In this document: positions 1 through 9,623 of the stretch, one piece after another | Layout: each line of letters opens with the position of its first letter | Numbering within the stretch: the first letter of the stretch is position 1 | Assembly: GCA_963662795.1 (NCBI GenBank) | Contig: OY759746.1 | Location: 2,912,001 to 2,976,000 of the forward strand | Direction: 5' to 3' | DNA from: Spirochaetia bacterium | GTDB lineage: Bacteria; Spirochaetota; Spirochaetia; CADAEX01 | Length of the DNA: 64,000 bases | The notes under the pieces: generated by a model | What the model saw: the letters and a program-made list of their open reading frames with translations, nothing else | Told to the model about the DNA's origin: nothing | The model's database searches: none | Position numbers and translations under genes: made by a program

Positions 1-2
1 TT

Positions 3-209
3 CCATGTCTTAAAAGGCATATCAGGTATCTGGCAGGGGCAATAGAGCTTTTACCGCCGGAGACAGTTGTGATGCGCCTTACCTGCGATACTCCCATGTC
101 AAGGCGGCTTGCTCCCAGACATGATCTGGCGAAGGGGGAAGTAATAAATGCCTTGCGTAAATTACTTGAGGAAAGAGAGACATATCAGGGAAAGTTTTAT
201 AAAGATTGA
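3..209 (+). CDS. 3' end of TIGR01212 (YhcC/YtqA-like) radical SAM protein, partial at window edge
   Basis: Manual translation of frame 3 gives ...ELLPPETVVMRLTCDTP...LAPRH...EVINALRKLLEERETYQGKFYKD*, matching the family C-terminal pattern LPPxxVIHRL...YQG. Confidence 0.7.
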   Translation, partial: PCLKRHIRYLAGAIELLPPETVVMRLTCDTPMSRRLAPRHDLAKGEVINALRKLLEERETYQGKFYKD

Positions 210-241
210 CAGGCAGACTTATTTATAATTATTATTAACAA

Positions 242-1816
242 ATGGATGAGAAATTTGTTGCTGACAATAATACAGGCCGTTCAGATATTGATGAAATAAA
301 TGAAAATCGCTCTATCTGGGAAAGAATAGTAAATTTTTTCAGTGATAACAGCCCTGATGCAAAAAAAAGAAAACTTCTTAAAGATATTCAGAAAATACTT
401 AAAAAACATAAATTCAAGTTTATCAATGTCAGAGTAGAAGAAGCACAGCCTGCGCTGGCCAAATTTTTTTATCAGATATACAGTGTCATTGCTGTCCCGT
501 CAAGCCTCCTTTCCGGTCAGGAATCATCCCCTGCATTGAAATACCTGTTTATTGATTATGTGCTATCGGAAAAACAAAAAACACTGATCAGCCGGCTTCA
601 TAAGGATAATATTGAAAAACGCCTCGCAAACGGAGACAGCAGTGAAGTTGAACAGATAAAAAAAGAACTTGCTGTTCTTCTTAAATCCATAAGCGACGAA
701 CAAAAAGGGGATATTGCCCGTTTTTACAGGCAGTATCTGGTTTTTCTCAAACTCCTTAAATTTGATTATTATTTCTTCCTTAGAAAGTTTGATTCAGGGT
801 TTGCTGAAATGGATTTCAAGTATAAACCCGCTTTTCAGCCGATAAATTGTGACTATATTGTAGACGATCTGATAGATTTATCATCCATCTTTCCGCTTAT
901 TCTGCGCTATGATTCCTGGAAAGAAGTATTTGAAGTACTAAAGGTTTTCAAGGGGCAGGATATCCTTTCCCGCGACGACTGGAACAAGCTCCTCAAGATT
1001 ATCGGGAGTGTCAATAATTCCGAGGTTCTTACTTATATTATAAAGCTGATTACCCGGGACCCGTTCTATACTCCATCAGCAGAAGAAAAAGTGGATGATA
1101 TTATCGAGGAATATTTTGGAAAGCTTAAAACCTCAGTAACCATGACTATCCAGAAAGTTGCTACGGAAAAGAAGAATTCACACAAAGAGTCGGTTTTAAA
1201 CCAGATTTTCGGGACAATCGCGATCAGCAGAATGAAAAACTATACTGAAGCCAATAACGGTGTGTTCAGGGCGAAAATGCTTGGCGGATATCTCTATATT
1301 GAAATTATGAATTACATGAAAGCATTCATGCTTGATTATGTAAAAAAGGATTTAATGAGAATTGTCAATTTTCTTGTTGTAAAAGCTGAATGGAAAACAA
1401 ATATTTTCAGCAAGGAAATGTCTGATGCACTTGAGGAATTGATTACTGTTTCAGACAGGATACTGGAGTTTGATCAGTCTCTGTCAGCTGATGAGGATGT
1501 CGGAGCAAAGATGAACACATTTCTGAAACGGATGACATCTGATCCAAGATATAAGGGGGAGGTTAAAAAACTTCTTCACGATATCAACAGCCAGGTCCTT
1601 GTAATGGCCCAGGATACATACCGGAACCTTACAAAAATTGCGCAAAAACTTGCGGAAATACTGCCCGAGTTTGTAGAACCTCCAAAAATGGGGATAATAA
1701 TAAACCCGGCTTTTGTTAAATCGTCTTATGGAAATGATATTGAAGCTGATATAAAAACAATCTACAAACAGATTTACTATTTTTTAAGTCTTATAAAACT
1801 GATGCTAACCAAATAG
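242..1816 (+). CDS. Spirochete-specific helical protein (DUF5312-like)
   Basis: 524-aa ORF with FFSDNSPDAKKRKLLKDIQK and FDYYFFLRKFD segments, typical of this family. Confidence 0.65.
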   Translation: MDEKFVADNNTGRSDIDEINENRSIWERIVNFFSDNSPDAKKRKLLKDIQKILKKHKFKFINVRVEEAQPALAKFFYQIYSVIAVPSSLLSGQESSPALKYLFIDYVLSEKQKTLISRLHKDNIEKRLANGDSSEVEQIKKELAVLLKSISDEQKGDIARFYRQYLVFLKLLKFDYYFFLRKFDSGFAEMDFKYKPAFQPINCDYIVDDLIDLSSIFPLILRYDSWKEVFEVLKVFKGQDILSRDDWNKLLKIIGSVNNSEVLTYIIKLITRDPFYTPSAEEKVDDIIEEYFGKLKTSVTMTIQKVATEKKNSHKESVLNQIFGTIAISRMKNYTEANNGVFRAKMLGGYLYIEIMNYMKAFMLDYVKKDLMRIVNFLVVKAEWKTNIFSKEMSDALEELITVSDRILEFDQSLSADEDVGAKMNTFLKRMTSDPRYKGEVKKLLHDINSQVLVMAQDTYRNLTKIAQKLAEILPEFVEPPKMGIIINPAFVKSSYGNDIEADIKTIYKQIYYFLSLIKLMLTK

Positions 1817-1818
1817 TA

Positions 1819-2385
1819 TTATACTACATGCCTGCCTATAAGGTTTAAAAACTCCTGTCTTGTAGCAAGACTTGTCTGAAAGCTTCCAAGGACTGATGAG
1901 GTTGTCATCAGGGAGTTCTGTTTTTCAACCCCCCGCATCATCATGCAGAGATGACGGCATTCCATTACAACTCCTACTCCGTCTGCATTTACACAGTTCC
2001 TTATTTCTTTTGCTATCTGCGCAGTAAGCCTTTCCTGTATCTGCAGCCGTCTCGCATAGGTTTCCACAATCCTTGCTATTTTACTGACCCCGATTACCTG
2101 TTTATCAGCAATATAGCCGATATGGCATTTGCCGTAAAAAGGGAGCATGTGATGCTCACAGAGGCTGTAAACCTCAATATCCCGCAGTATTATCATATTG
2201 TTTGCTTCTGAAGAAAATACTGCGCCGTTCACAACATCATCGATATTTTCATGGTAGCCCTTTGTAAGGAATGCGATTGCATCAGTAAAGCGCTCCGGTG
2301 TTTTTAAAAGACCTTCGCGGTCAGGATCCTCTCCTATTTCAATAAGCAGCTGATGTATCAGTTCTTTGACTCGTTCTTTGTCCAT
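1819..2385 (-). CDS. folE: GTP cyclohydrolase I
   Basis: GEDPDREGLLKTPER, SLCEHHMLPF, RRLQIQERLT and HLCMMMRG motifs. Confidence 0.97.
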   Translation of the reverse strand: MDKERVKELIHQLLIEIGEDPDREGLLKTPERFTDAIAFLTKGYHENIDDVVNGAVFSSEANNMIILRDIEVYSLCEHHMLPFYGKCHIGYIADKQVIGVSKIARIVETYARRLQIQERLTAQIAKEIRNCVNADGVGVVMECRHLCMMMRGVEKQNSLMTTSSVLGSFQTSLATRQEFLNLIGRHVV

Positions 2386-2487
2386 GGATGCAATAATAAC
2401 AGCAATAATTTATTATTAGAAGTACTTTTTTGATACTTGATTGACCCTGCTTGATTCAGGACGGTTAAAACCTTAAAACCCAAGGGC

Positions 2488-3414
2488 TTAATTGTTTTTT
2501 GATTCAAATGCTTTTATGAAAAGCAGAAGTATCCTGTTGACTGAAATGCAGGAGGACAGGTCCTTTTCCAGTATTTTATCTATATATCCGTTTATATCTT
2601 CTATTTCTGTTTTTCTTCCGGAAAGAATATCCTGCAGCATGGAAGATTTATTTGCAGCAGTATTTTCTGCGACACTCAGAACCGACCGGTAGACAGCTTC
2701 TTCTTCAAGCCTGATATTCCTTAAAGCTGCGGCTGTGCAGACCTCTTTTACTGTCATTCGGATAATATTCTTCAGGTGAGAATTTTCAGCTGTAAATCCG
2801 TTACTGCATCCTGTGATAGCGGTTAGAGGATTAATCGCGGCATTTACCGCAAGTTTTTTCCAGATAAGCTTATCCGGATTATCTGTATAAGCAGCTTTTA
2901 AACCTGCCGTGCTAAGGGCTTTAATAAGCGGCATCAGCTTTTCTTTCTGCCCGGTACTGCCCGTCATCCCGATTTTCGTCTTCCCTTTTCCTCCGTGGAC
3001 TATACGGGAAGGCTCAAGGAAAAACGCTCCTTCCGTAGTTGTCCCGGAAGCAGTCCTTTCCCTGCCGAAAAAGCGTGAAATAGCCTCTGCATTGCCGGAT
3101 CCGTTTTGAAAAGTAACAGCAATGGAATTTTTACCGGCAAAACCTGAAACAGTTTCCGCCGCTTCCAGTGTGGAGTAGGATTTTACACAGAAGAGGTAAA
3201 AATCAGCACCCCTTAAGTCAGAAGAAAGAACTCCAGCCGGGTGAGAATGCAGTATTACGGCCCCTGAAGGAGAAAGAACTGTTATCCCGTTATCCCTTAT
3301 TGCTTCTGCCCGCGGCCTGTCTTTATCTGTAATCAGGACATTATAACCTGCCTTTGCAAGGTATGCCGCAAAAAGCGACCCCGCAGCGCCGGCTCCTATA
3401 ATTGCTATAGTCAT
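2488..3414 (-). CDS. panE: 2-dehydropantoate 2-reductase (ketopantoate reductase)
   Basis: GAGAAG Rossmann motif, CVKSY, FQNG, WKKLAVNAAINPLTA and SSMLQD...TEIEDING. Confidence 0.95.
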   Translation of the reverse strand: MTIAIIGAGAAGSLFAAYLAKAGYNVLITDKDRPRAEAIRDNGITVLSPSGAVILHSHPAGVLSSDLRGADFYLFCVKSYSTLEAAETVSGFAGKNSIAVTFQNGSGNAEAISRFFGRERTASGTTTEGAFFLEPSRIVHGGKGKTKIGMTGSTGQKEKLMPLIKALSTAGLKAAYTDNPDKLIWKKLAVNAAINPLTAITGCSNGFTAENSHLKNIIRMTVKEVCTAAALRNIRLEEEAVYRSVLSVAENTAANKSSMLQDILSGRKTEIEDINGYIDKILEKDLSSCISVNRILLLFIKAFESKNN

Positions 3415-3495
3415 ATAACATACTATAGCAGATATGATTTTACTGGAAAACTATCTGTTGAATAAATGAATGATTTATTGGATAATCTGTTTTGT

Positions 3496-4449
3496 ATGAA
3501 ACGGGTAACTGCATTTTCTCCCGGGCATGTAACCGGGCTTTTTTATATGAGAGACCTTGAAGATGACCCTCTTTACTGCGGGTCTCTCGGCGCCGGATTT
3601 TCCATTGTCAAGGGAGCACAGACAGCCGTGAGCCTCTTCAGCCGGAAACAAAAAGTAAATGATATATCAATAAACAGCATAAAAAGTTCTGATACCCCGG
3701 TAAGCGTTAAAATACTGGAGCTCTTTTTTAATAAAACCGGTATTGCCGGCGAAGGACTCAAGGTAGAGCATAAAATAGAAACTCCCCAGGGAGCAGGATT
3801 CGGTTCAAGCGGAGCAGGCGCTCTCAGCCTTGTGTTTGCCCTGAACAGACTTTACGGTGACCCTTTAAGCGGCCTGCAGGCTTCGCAGATAGCCCATTCT
3901 GCTGAAGTGCTGTGTAAAACCGGCCTCGGCACTGTAATGGGTGAGACACTCGGCGGGGTAAAAATACTTGTCAAACCCGGAGCCCCCGGGATTGGCGCGA
4001 CAGTTTCAATTCCATATCCTGAAGGACTTTATGCGATGTTTGTCGTATACGGTCCTCTTTCAACCCGGGATGCGCTTTCCGACCCTGATATAAGAAGGAA
4101 AATCACCGGGGGAGGGAAGAAATATCACTCGCTGATTAAAAAAACTCCTGATTTTGCCAGTTTTTTAAAATACTCAAGGGAATTTGCCGAGAGCACGGGA
4201 ATAATTCCTGTCAGCGTCAGAAAGATAATGGATAAACTCGATAAAAACAAAATCAACTGCAGTATGCTGATGTTCGGAGAAGGCACTTTTTCCATTTTTT
4301 CAAAAAGCGATTTACCGGTTATAAAAAAAATTGCCGAGGGAATAATCGAAGAACTTAAGATTGAAAGCCCTGCGAATTTTATAAAAAAACCGTATCTTTT
4401 TTTCTCAAATATTGCAAAGGGAGGAGTAAGCATTGTCAGCGAGGATTAA
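3496..4449 (+). CDS. pok: Pantoate kinase (archaeal-type, GHMP kinase family)
   Basis: N-terminal AFSPGHVTGLF, GSLGAGFS, GHMP loop PQGAGFGSSGA, AHSAEV..KTGLGTV and PGAPGIG; directly upstream of a PPS gene. Start could also be 3466. Confidence 0.9.
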   Translation: MKRVTAFSPGHVTGLFYMRDLEDDPLYCGSLGAGFSIVKGAQTAVSLFSRKQKVNDISINSIKSSDTPVSVKILELFFNKTGIAGEGLKVEHKIETPQGAGFGSSGAGALSLVFALNRLYGDPLSGLQASQIAHSAEVLCKTGLGTVMGETLGGVKILVKPGAPGIGATVSIPYPEGLYAMFVVYGPLSTRDALSDPDIRRKITGGGKKYHSLIKKTPDFASFLKYSREFAESTGIIPVSVRKIMDKLDKNKINCSMLMFGEGTFSIFSKSDLPVIKKIAEGIIEELKIESPANFIKKPYLFFSNIAKGGVSIVSED

Positions 4450-5221
4450 TATTCCTGAAAACCATCCAAGGTATAAAGCAATGATGATAAGGGAAAGCCT
4501 TATAAGGGGCTGTGAGGAAAAGATTGTCGCGCCTGCAGGGCTTATTGCCCAGGGAAGGGGGGAGGCGTTTGACTACCTTTTGGGAGAACAGACTGCGGAT
4601 TTTGCTATCCAGGCTATAAACGCCGCGGCAGCCGCGTTTCTTCTGGCAGAGCATCCGGTAATTTCTGTTAACGGAAATACCGCTGTACTTGTCCCTGAAG
4701 AGTTTGTAAGGCTTTCCCGGGTGTCTGGCGCTCCGCTTGAGATAAATCTTTTTTACCGGCAGCCGGGGCGGGAAGAGGCAATCCTTAAAGTACTCCGCAG
4801 GGCAGGAGCGGAAAAGGTTCTGGGCGTAAGCGGAAAAAGTGAGATTATTAAAGAACTTACAAGCGACAGGAGGATAGTTGACCCTGAAGGGATATTCAAG
4901 GCGGATATGGTTTTTGTCCCTCTTGAAGACGGGGACAGGACAGAGGCTCTTGTCGCTCTCGGTAAAAGAGTTGTTACTGTTGACTTAAATCCCCTGTCAA
5001 GGACGCCTAACAGGGCACATGTTTCAATAATTGACAATATAACAAGAGCAGTTCCCCTTTTGTGCGAATATATTATAAAATACAAGGGTAAAAGCAGGGA
5101 TGAACTTGAAAACATTTACAGTTCCTTCAATAACATTGAGATGCTGAAAAAATCCCTTCTTTTTATTTCGGAAAGGCTGATTATGCTTTCCGGGGAGATG
5201 AAAACAGGAAATGGGAAATAA
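4433..5221 (+). CDS. pps: 4-phosphopantoate--beta-alanine ligase (archaeal-type phosphopantothenate synthetase)
   Basis: IPENHPRY, GLIAQGRGEAFDYLLGE, PVISVNGN, EINLFYR, VPLEDGDRTEAL, VDLNPLSRT and IIDNITRA hallmark motifs; TTG start after a GGAGGA RBS. Confidence 0.95.
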   Translation: MSARINIPENHPRYKAMMIRESLIRGCEEKIVAPAGLIAQGRGEAFDYLLGEQTADFAIQAINAAAAAFLLAEHPVISVNGNTAVLVPEEFVRLSRVSGAPLEINLFYRQPGREEAILKVLRRAGAEKVLGVSGKSEIIKELTSDRRIVDPEGIFKADMVFVPLEDGDRTEALVALGKRVVTVDLNPLSRTPNRAHVSIIDNITRAVPLLCEYIIKYKGKSRDELENIYSSFNNIEMLKKSLLFISERLIMLSGEMKTGNGK

Positions 5222-6485
5222 AAGACATCCTTCTTTTGATATAACAGGTTCGATTTCAGGCCGCCTTGCAGGTAAAAAGATTATACTCTGCGTTACAGGA
5301 AGTGTGGCGGCGGTAAGATCGCCTGACCTTGCAAGGCTTTTTATGAGGCACGGCGCAGACGTTTATCCCGTAATGAGCTCATCGGCATGCGGCATAATCC
5401 ACCCGGACCTGATGCACTGGGCTGCGGGAAGAAAACCGGTTACTGAGCTTACGGGAAGTATAGAGCATGTAGAGCTTGCCGGAAACACCGGTACAAGGGC
5501 AGACCTCCTCGTTGTCGCGCCGTGCACGGCAAACACAATCGGAAAGATGGCCGGCGGAATAGACGACACTCCGGTAACTACTTTTGCAACAACAGCCATA
5601 GGGGAAGGGATTCCCCTTATTGTGGTGCCGGCAATGCATGAGCCGATGTACCATCATCCCTTTGTTGAAGAGAACATTAAAAAGCTTGTTTCCGCGGGAA
5701 TCCGTGTTATGCAGCCCCGCCTTGAGGAGGGAAAGGCTAAAATTCCGGAGAACGAAGAGATACTTGGTGAAGTCCTGAAACTTCTTGCCCCGTCCGTGCA
5801 GATTCTCAGCGGGAAAAAAGTCCTTGTTACGGCAGGAAGGACTGTCGAATATATAGATCCTGTACGGGTAATCAGCAATAACTCAACCGGAAAGATGGGG
5901 GTTGCGCTTGCAGAGAAAGCTTGTGAAGCCGGAGCTGATGTTACGCTTATTGCAGGCAAAATTACTGTAAAGCCCGCATCCGGGATCAGGGTAATCCATG
6001 CTGAAACCGCACTTGAGATGGCAGGGGCTGTCGGGAAAGAACTTGACAGCGGAAGATATGATATCTTTGCCGCTGCCGCGGCTGTAGGAGACTGGCAGCC
6101 TGATGAAAAATCAGCGGTAAAGATATCCACTCATGACAATGATTCGCTTGTATTAAAGCTTAAACCTACCCCCAAAATTATTGACAGGATAAAGAAAAAA
6201 TATCCGTCAGTTTTTCTTCTTGCGTTCCGTGCGCTTTATGCCCTGAAGGAATCAGACCTGCTTGATAACGCAAGATGGAGAATGGAAAAAGCCGGTGCGG
6301 ACATGATTGCTGTAAATGATGTTTCCAAAAAAGGAGCGGGGTTTGAATCTGAAACAAATGAAATGTATATTATTACAAAAGAGGGAATACTCGAGAAGAT
6401 CCCCATGGCTTCAAAACATGAGGTAGCAGCGGATATAGTAAGGATAATAGCGCGGGAGATATCGGCTGGAAAACCTGTAGCGTAA
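5211..6485 (+). CDS. coaBC: Bifunctional phosphopantothenoylcysteine decarboxylase/synthetase (archaeal-like)
   Basis: VTGSVAA, APCTANTIGK, PAMH, TAGRTVEYIDPVRVISNNSTGKMG and AAAVGD; archaeal-style N-terminal HPSxDIxG extension. Confidence 0.95.
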   Translation: MGNKRHPSFDITGSISGRLAGKKIILCVTGSVAAVRSPDLARLFMRHGADVYPVMSSSACGIIHPDLMHWAAGRKPVTELTGSIEHVELAGNTGTRADLLVVAPCTANTIGKMAGGIDDTPVTTFATTAIGEGIPLIVVPAMHEPMYHHPFVEENIKKLVSAGIRVMQPRLEEGKAKIPENEEILGEVLKLLAPSVQILSGKKVLVTAGRTVEYIDPVRVISNNSTGKMGVALAEKACEAGADVTLIAGKITVKPASGIRVIHAETALEMAGAVGKELDSGRYDIFAAAAAVGDWQPDEKSAVKISTHDNDSLVLKLKPTPKIIDRIKKKYPSVFLLAFRALYALKESDLLDNARWRMEKAGADMIAVNDVSKKGAGFESETNEMYIITKEGILEKIPMASKHEVAADIVRIIAREISAGKPVA

Positions 6486-6528
6486 AAATACGGCTGCTAA
6501 AAAATTTGATCCAAGGAATATAAAAGAT

Positions 6529-7383
6529 ATGAAAAACAGGGATAAGAAAAAATATCTTACAGATGATTATCTGGAAATGAAGAAGAAAAAAGAAAAGATA
6601 ACAATGCTCACCGCCTACTCATATCCTCAGGCTCTTGTGGCTGAAGAAGCGGGAATTGACTGTATACTAGTCGGTGATTCTCTTGGAATGGTTGAACTCG
6701 GTTACAGCAGTACAGTTCCTGTGACAATGGAAGATATGCTTCTCCATTTAAAGGCTGTTGTCCGCGGAGCGCCCCATACACACATAATCGTTGACATGCC
6801 TTTCATGAGCTACAATATATCAATTGAACAGGCAATTGCAAACGCAGGGGTTCTTTATCAGGGCGGCGGGGCAGATTCCGTAAAACTGGAAGGGGGCCAA
6901 AACAGCGCAAAAGTTATTAACGCTGTCTGCAGAGCAGGAATACCGGTATGTGCCCATATCGGACTTACACCCCAGACTGCATCCCTGCTTGGAGGATACA
7001 AGGTTCAGGGTAAAACACTTGATGCTGCCAAAAAACTTGTAGATGATGCCCTTGCGGTTGAAGATGCGGGCGCTTTCATGATAGTACTTGAAGCAATACC
7101 TATGAATCTTGCAGCAGTAATTACTGAAAAACTCGCAATTCCGACTGTTGGAATAGGGGGCGGGGTAAATTGTGACGGACAGGTGCTGGTTTTCCACGAT
7201 TTGATGGGACTTTACAAACAATTTACACCTAAATTTGTGAAAGTATACGCACAGATTCATGATGTCATGAAAAATGCCATAAAGAATTACGCAGAGGATG
7301 TCAGGGCAGGCAGGTTTCCTGCTGAAGAACACTCATTTACCATGAAAGATGATATAATTGAGAAGCTGTTAAAGATTTTATAA
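6529..7383 (+). CDS. panB: 3-methyl-2-oxobutanoate hydroxymethyltransferase
   Basis: ITMLTAY, LVGDSLGM, VDMPF, VKLEGG, HIGLTPQ and DGQVLVFHD motifs. Confidence 0.97.
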   Translation: MKNRDKKKYLTDDYLEMKKKKEKITMLTAYSYPQALVAEEAGIDCILVGDSLGMVELGYSSTVPVTMEDMLLHLKAVVRGAPHTHIIVDMPFMSYNISIEQAIANAGVLYQGGGADSVKLEGGQNSAKVINAVCRAGIPVCAHIGLTPQTASLLGGYKVQGKTLDAAKKLVDDALAVEDAGAFMIVLEAIPMNLAAVITEKLAIPTVGIGGGVNCDGQVLVFHDLMGLYKQFTPKFVKVYAQIHDVMKNAIKNYAEDVRAGRFPAEEHSFTMKDDIIEKLLKIL

Positions 7384-7434
7384 TTTAGATTCGGCTGAAT
7401 ATGCAAAATCAGGATTAAACACCACGGAGAATAT

Positions 7435-8337
7435 ATGCCTGCAAAAATAATAAGCGGATATGAGGTGAGAGAGGAAATTCTCTCCCTGGTACGGAAGGAA
7501 ACAGAAGAAATCAGGGAAAAATACGGTAAGGTACCCGGACTTGCAACAATCCTTGTCGGAGATGATCCGGGATCTGTATCCTATGTCAGGCTTAAAATAC
7601 AGACAGCCGGCAGTCTCGGTTTCAGGGAAGTGCAGGTTAATCTATCTGAAAACACTACCGAGAAAGAACTTCTTGATATAATTGAAAAATACAACTGCGA
7701 TGATAACATCCATGGAATACTTGTGCAGCTTCCTCTTCCTCATCACATAAATGAAAAAAAAATTATCTATTCCATAAATCCTGACAAGGATGTTGACTGC
7801 TTTCACCCGATAAATGTCGGTAAAATGGTTTTAGGGTGCAGTGAATCAAGATTTAATCCGTGTACTCCGGCAGGAATAATTGAACTTATCAGGAAAACAG
7901 GAATTCCCCTATCCGGAGCTGAAGTAGCTGTAATCGGGAGATCCAATATTGTAGGGAAACCCCTCGCAAACATGCTTATCCAGAAGGCGCATAACTCTAC
8001 AGTTACAGTGCTTCATACCGGATCAAAAGATCTTGAATATCACTGCAGAAGAGCGGATATTGTTGTCGCTGCAGCCGGATGCCCCGGACTTGTTAAACCG
8101 CAGTGGATAAAACCGGGCGCCTGCGTGATTGATGTCGGTACAAACAGGATCGGCGATAAGATAAGCAAAAAAACAGGAAAAAAGATTGCGATTTTAAGAG
8201 GTGATGTCGATTTCGAAGAGGTTTCAAAGATTGCAGGCTATATAACACCTGTTCCAGGCGGTGTCGGCCCCATGACAATAACAATGCTGATGAAAAATAC
8301 ACTTGAATCACTCAAACATACACTCGGTCTTGTTTAG
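7435..8337 (+). CDS. folD: Methylenetetrahydrofolate dehydrogenase/cyclohydrolase
   Basis: GILVQLPLP, PDKDVDCFHP, PCTPAG, GRSNIVGKP and ITPVPGGVGPMT. Confidence 0.97.
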   Translation: MPAKIISGYEVREEILSLVRKETEEIREKYGKVPGLATILVGDDPGSVSYVRLKIQTAGSLGFREVQVNLSENTTEKELLDIIEKYNCDDNIHGILVQLPLPHHINEKKIIYSINPDKDVDCFHPINVGKMVLGCSESRFNPCTPAGIIELIRKTGIPLSGAEVAVIGRSNIVGKPLANMLIQKAHNSTVTVLHTGSKDLEYHCRRADIVVAAAGCPGLVKPQWIKPGACVIDVGTNRIGDKISKKTGKKIAILRGDVDFEEVSKIAGYITPVPGGVGPMTITMLMKNTLESLKHTLGLV

Positions 8338-8343
8338 GTGTTT

Positions 8344-8370
8344 TGATGCAGGAGATTCTCCCCTGCATCA
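8344..8370. terminator. Hairpin between convergent folD and outer-membrane protein gene (likely bidirectional terminator)
   Basis: TGATGCAGG ... CCTGCATCA inverted repeat. Confidence 0.65.
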
Positions 8371-8372
8371 GT

Positions 8373-8918
8373 TTAGAATACATATCTGATACCAATTGCC
8401 CCTGAGCCTGAAAATCCCGTATCCGGTGTTACCTCGAGACCTGCACCCACTTCAATATAAACGTTAAGCGGTTCGTCTGCGAATGTATGTTCAAGCCTTA
8501 AAACCCCCAGAACATCTGTTCTTAATTTATCACCTGTCCTTAAATAAACAGCCGGGCCGAAAGAAAGGGGAAATACATTATCCTTAATTACAATATCTGC
8601 AAGAGTGAAAAGGGCGTTTCCGCCCAGTGCCAGCTCATCAAAAGAATACAAACCAAGCACCGCGTTGAATTCGATCAGGTTTGTCATCTGGTATCCGAAT
8701 GTGATTCCGGTCGGATAGCCGAGTGACAGTCCTATTTTACCTTTTCCTTCAAGCTTTTCCTCAAGCTTATCAAGATTTATATCTTTATTGCTTTTTCCCG
8801 CTTCCAGCTTCCCAGGCTGGATATTAGCGTCCTGACTACGGTAGCTGCTTTCGGCATATACTGCTGTCAGCGACGCTGTTAAAAGAAATATTATCATAAG
8901 TAAAGCGGATTTTTTCAT
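8373..8918 (-). CDS. Small outer-membrane beta-barrel protein (DUF3996/BAPKO_0422-like)
   Basis: Signal peptide, GLSLGYPTGIT, alternating amphipathic strands and a C-terminal GIRYVF BAM signal. Confidence 0.7.
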   Translation of the reverse strand: MKKSALLMIIFLLTASLTAVYAESSYRSQDANIQPGKLEAGKSNKDINLDKLEEKLEGKGKIGLSLGYPTGITFGYQMTNLIEFNAVLGLYSFDELALGGNALFTLADIVIKDNVFPLSFGPAVYLRTGDKLRTDVLGVLRLEHTFADEPLNVYIEVGAGLEVTPDTGFSGSGAIGIRYVF

Positions 8919-8990
8919 AGTTAAACTCCAATTTATCTCCAGTCGTATTGCCTTAAAGATAACTGTTTTTTAATTAATTCTCAATTACTT

Positions 8991-9623
8991 TCAGTTTCTG
9001 TCTGCGGTCAAAATTTCAAACAGTAATTTAAGAGGAATCCGCCCGTCTGTGTCTTTACCGGGCTGATAATGATTTTTATCGCTGAAATCCTTGTTTATTC
9101 TGTAAAGCGAAGAGTTTACCATGTCAAGGTCTATGGCAAATTCAGTGTCAAATTCAAAATCATCATCAACTGCGGTAAAATTAAGCCCGCAGACAGCTAG
9201 TGTATAATTTTCAGGGTATTCAGAATAATACAGAAGCGGAAGCCCCTGGGTCCTGCATATAACAGGCCTGTGCCGGTATATCGAACAGGCAGAGTTGTTG
9301 AGGAAGATGCAGCTTTCAGGTTCCGTATCGATGTTTCCATCCGGTTCAGATGAAGCATATTCTGTTTTTACGCTTCTGCTGGCAGTGCATCGGCCGGAAA
9401 AGCCATCGAAAAGACCGGGAGGCAGTTTTTTATCCTCAAGTTCTTTTTTTATGGCATAAAATTCAACAGGCATCAGGGAAATTGGTATGCAGCAGGAGGA
9501 ACAGCCTGACCGGCATATAATATTGTCAGCGTAATATGCAGTAATTACTGCGGCTTTACTGTCAATTTTATCCCGCAGTGCAAAATAGTCATGAAAATAA
9601 TTGTTCTTCAGACAATACTCCAC
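8991..9623 (-). CDS. YkgJ family cysteine cluster protein
   Basis: CRSGCSSCC and CIFL..C.IY..RP.ICR motifs. Confidence 0.85.
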   Translation of the reverse strand: MEYCLKNNYFHDYFALRDKIDSKAAVITAYYADNIICRSGCSSCCIPISLMPVEFYAIKKELEDKKLPPGLFDGFSGRCTASRSVKTEYASSEPDGNIDTEPESCIFLNNSACSIYRHRPVICRTQGLPLLYYSEYPENYTLAVCGLNFTAVDDDFEFDTEFAIDLDMVNSSLYRINKDFSDKNHYQPGKDTDGRIPLKLLFEILTADRN

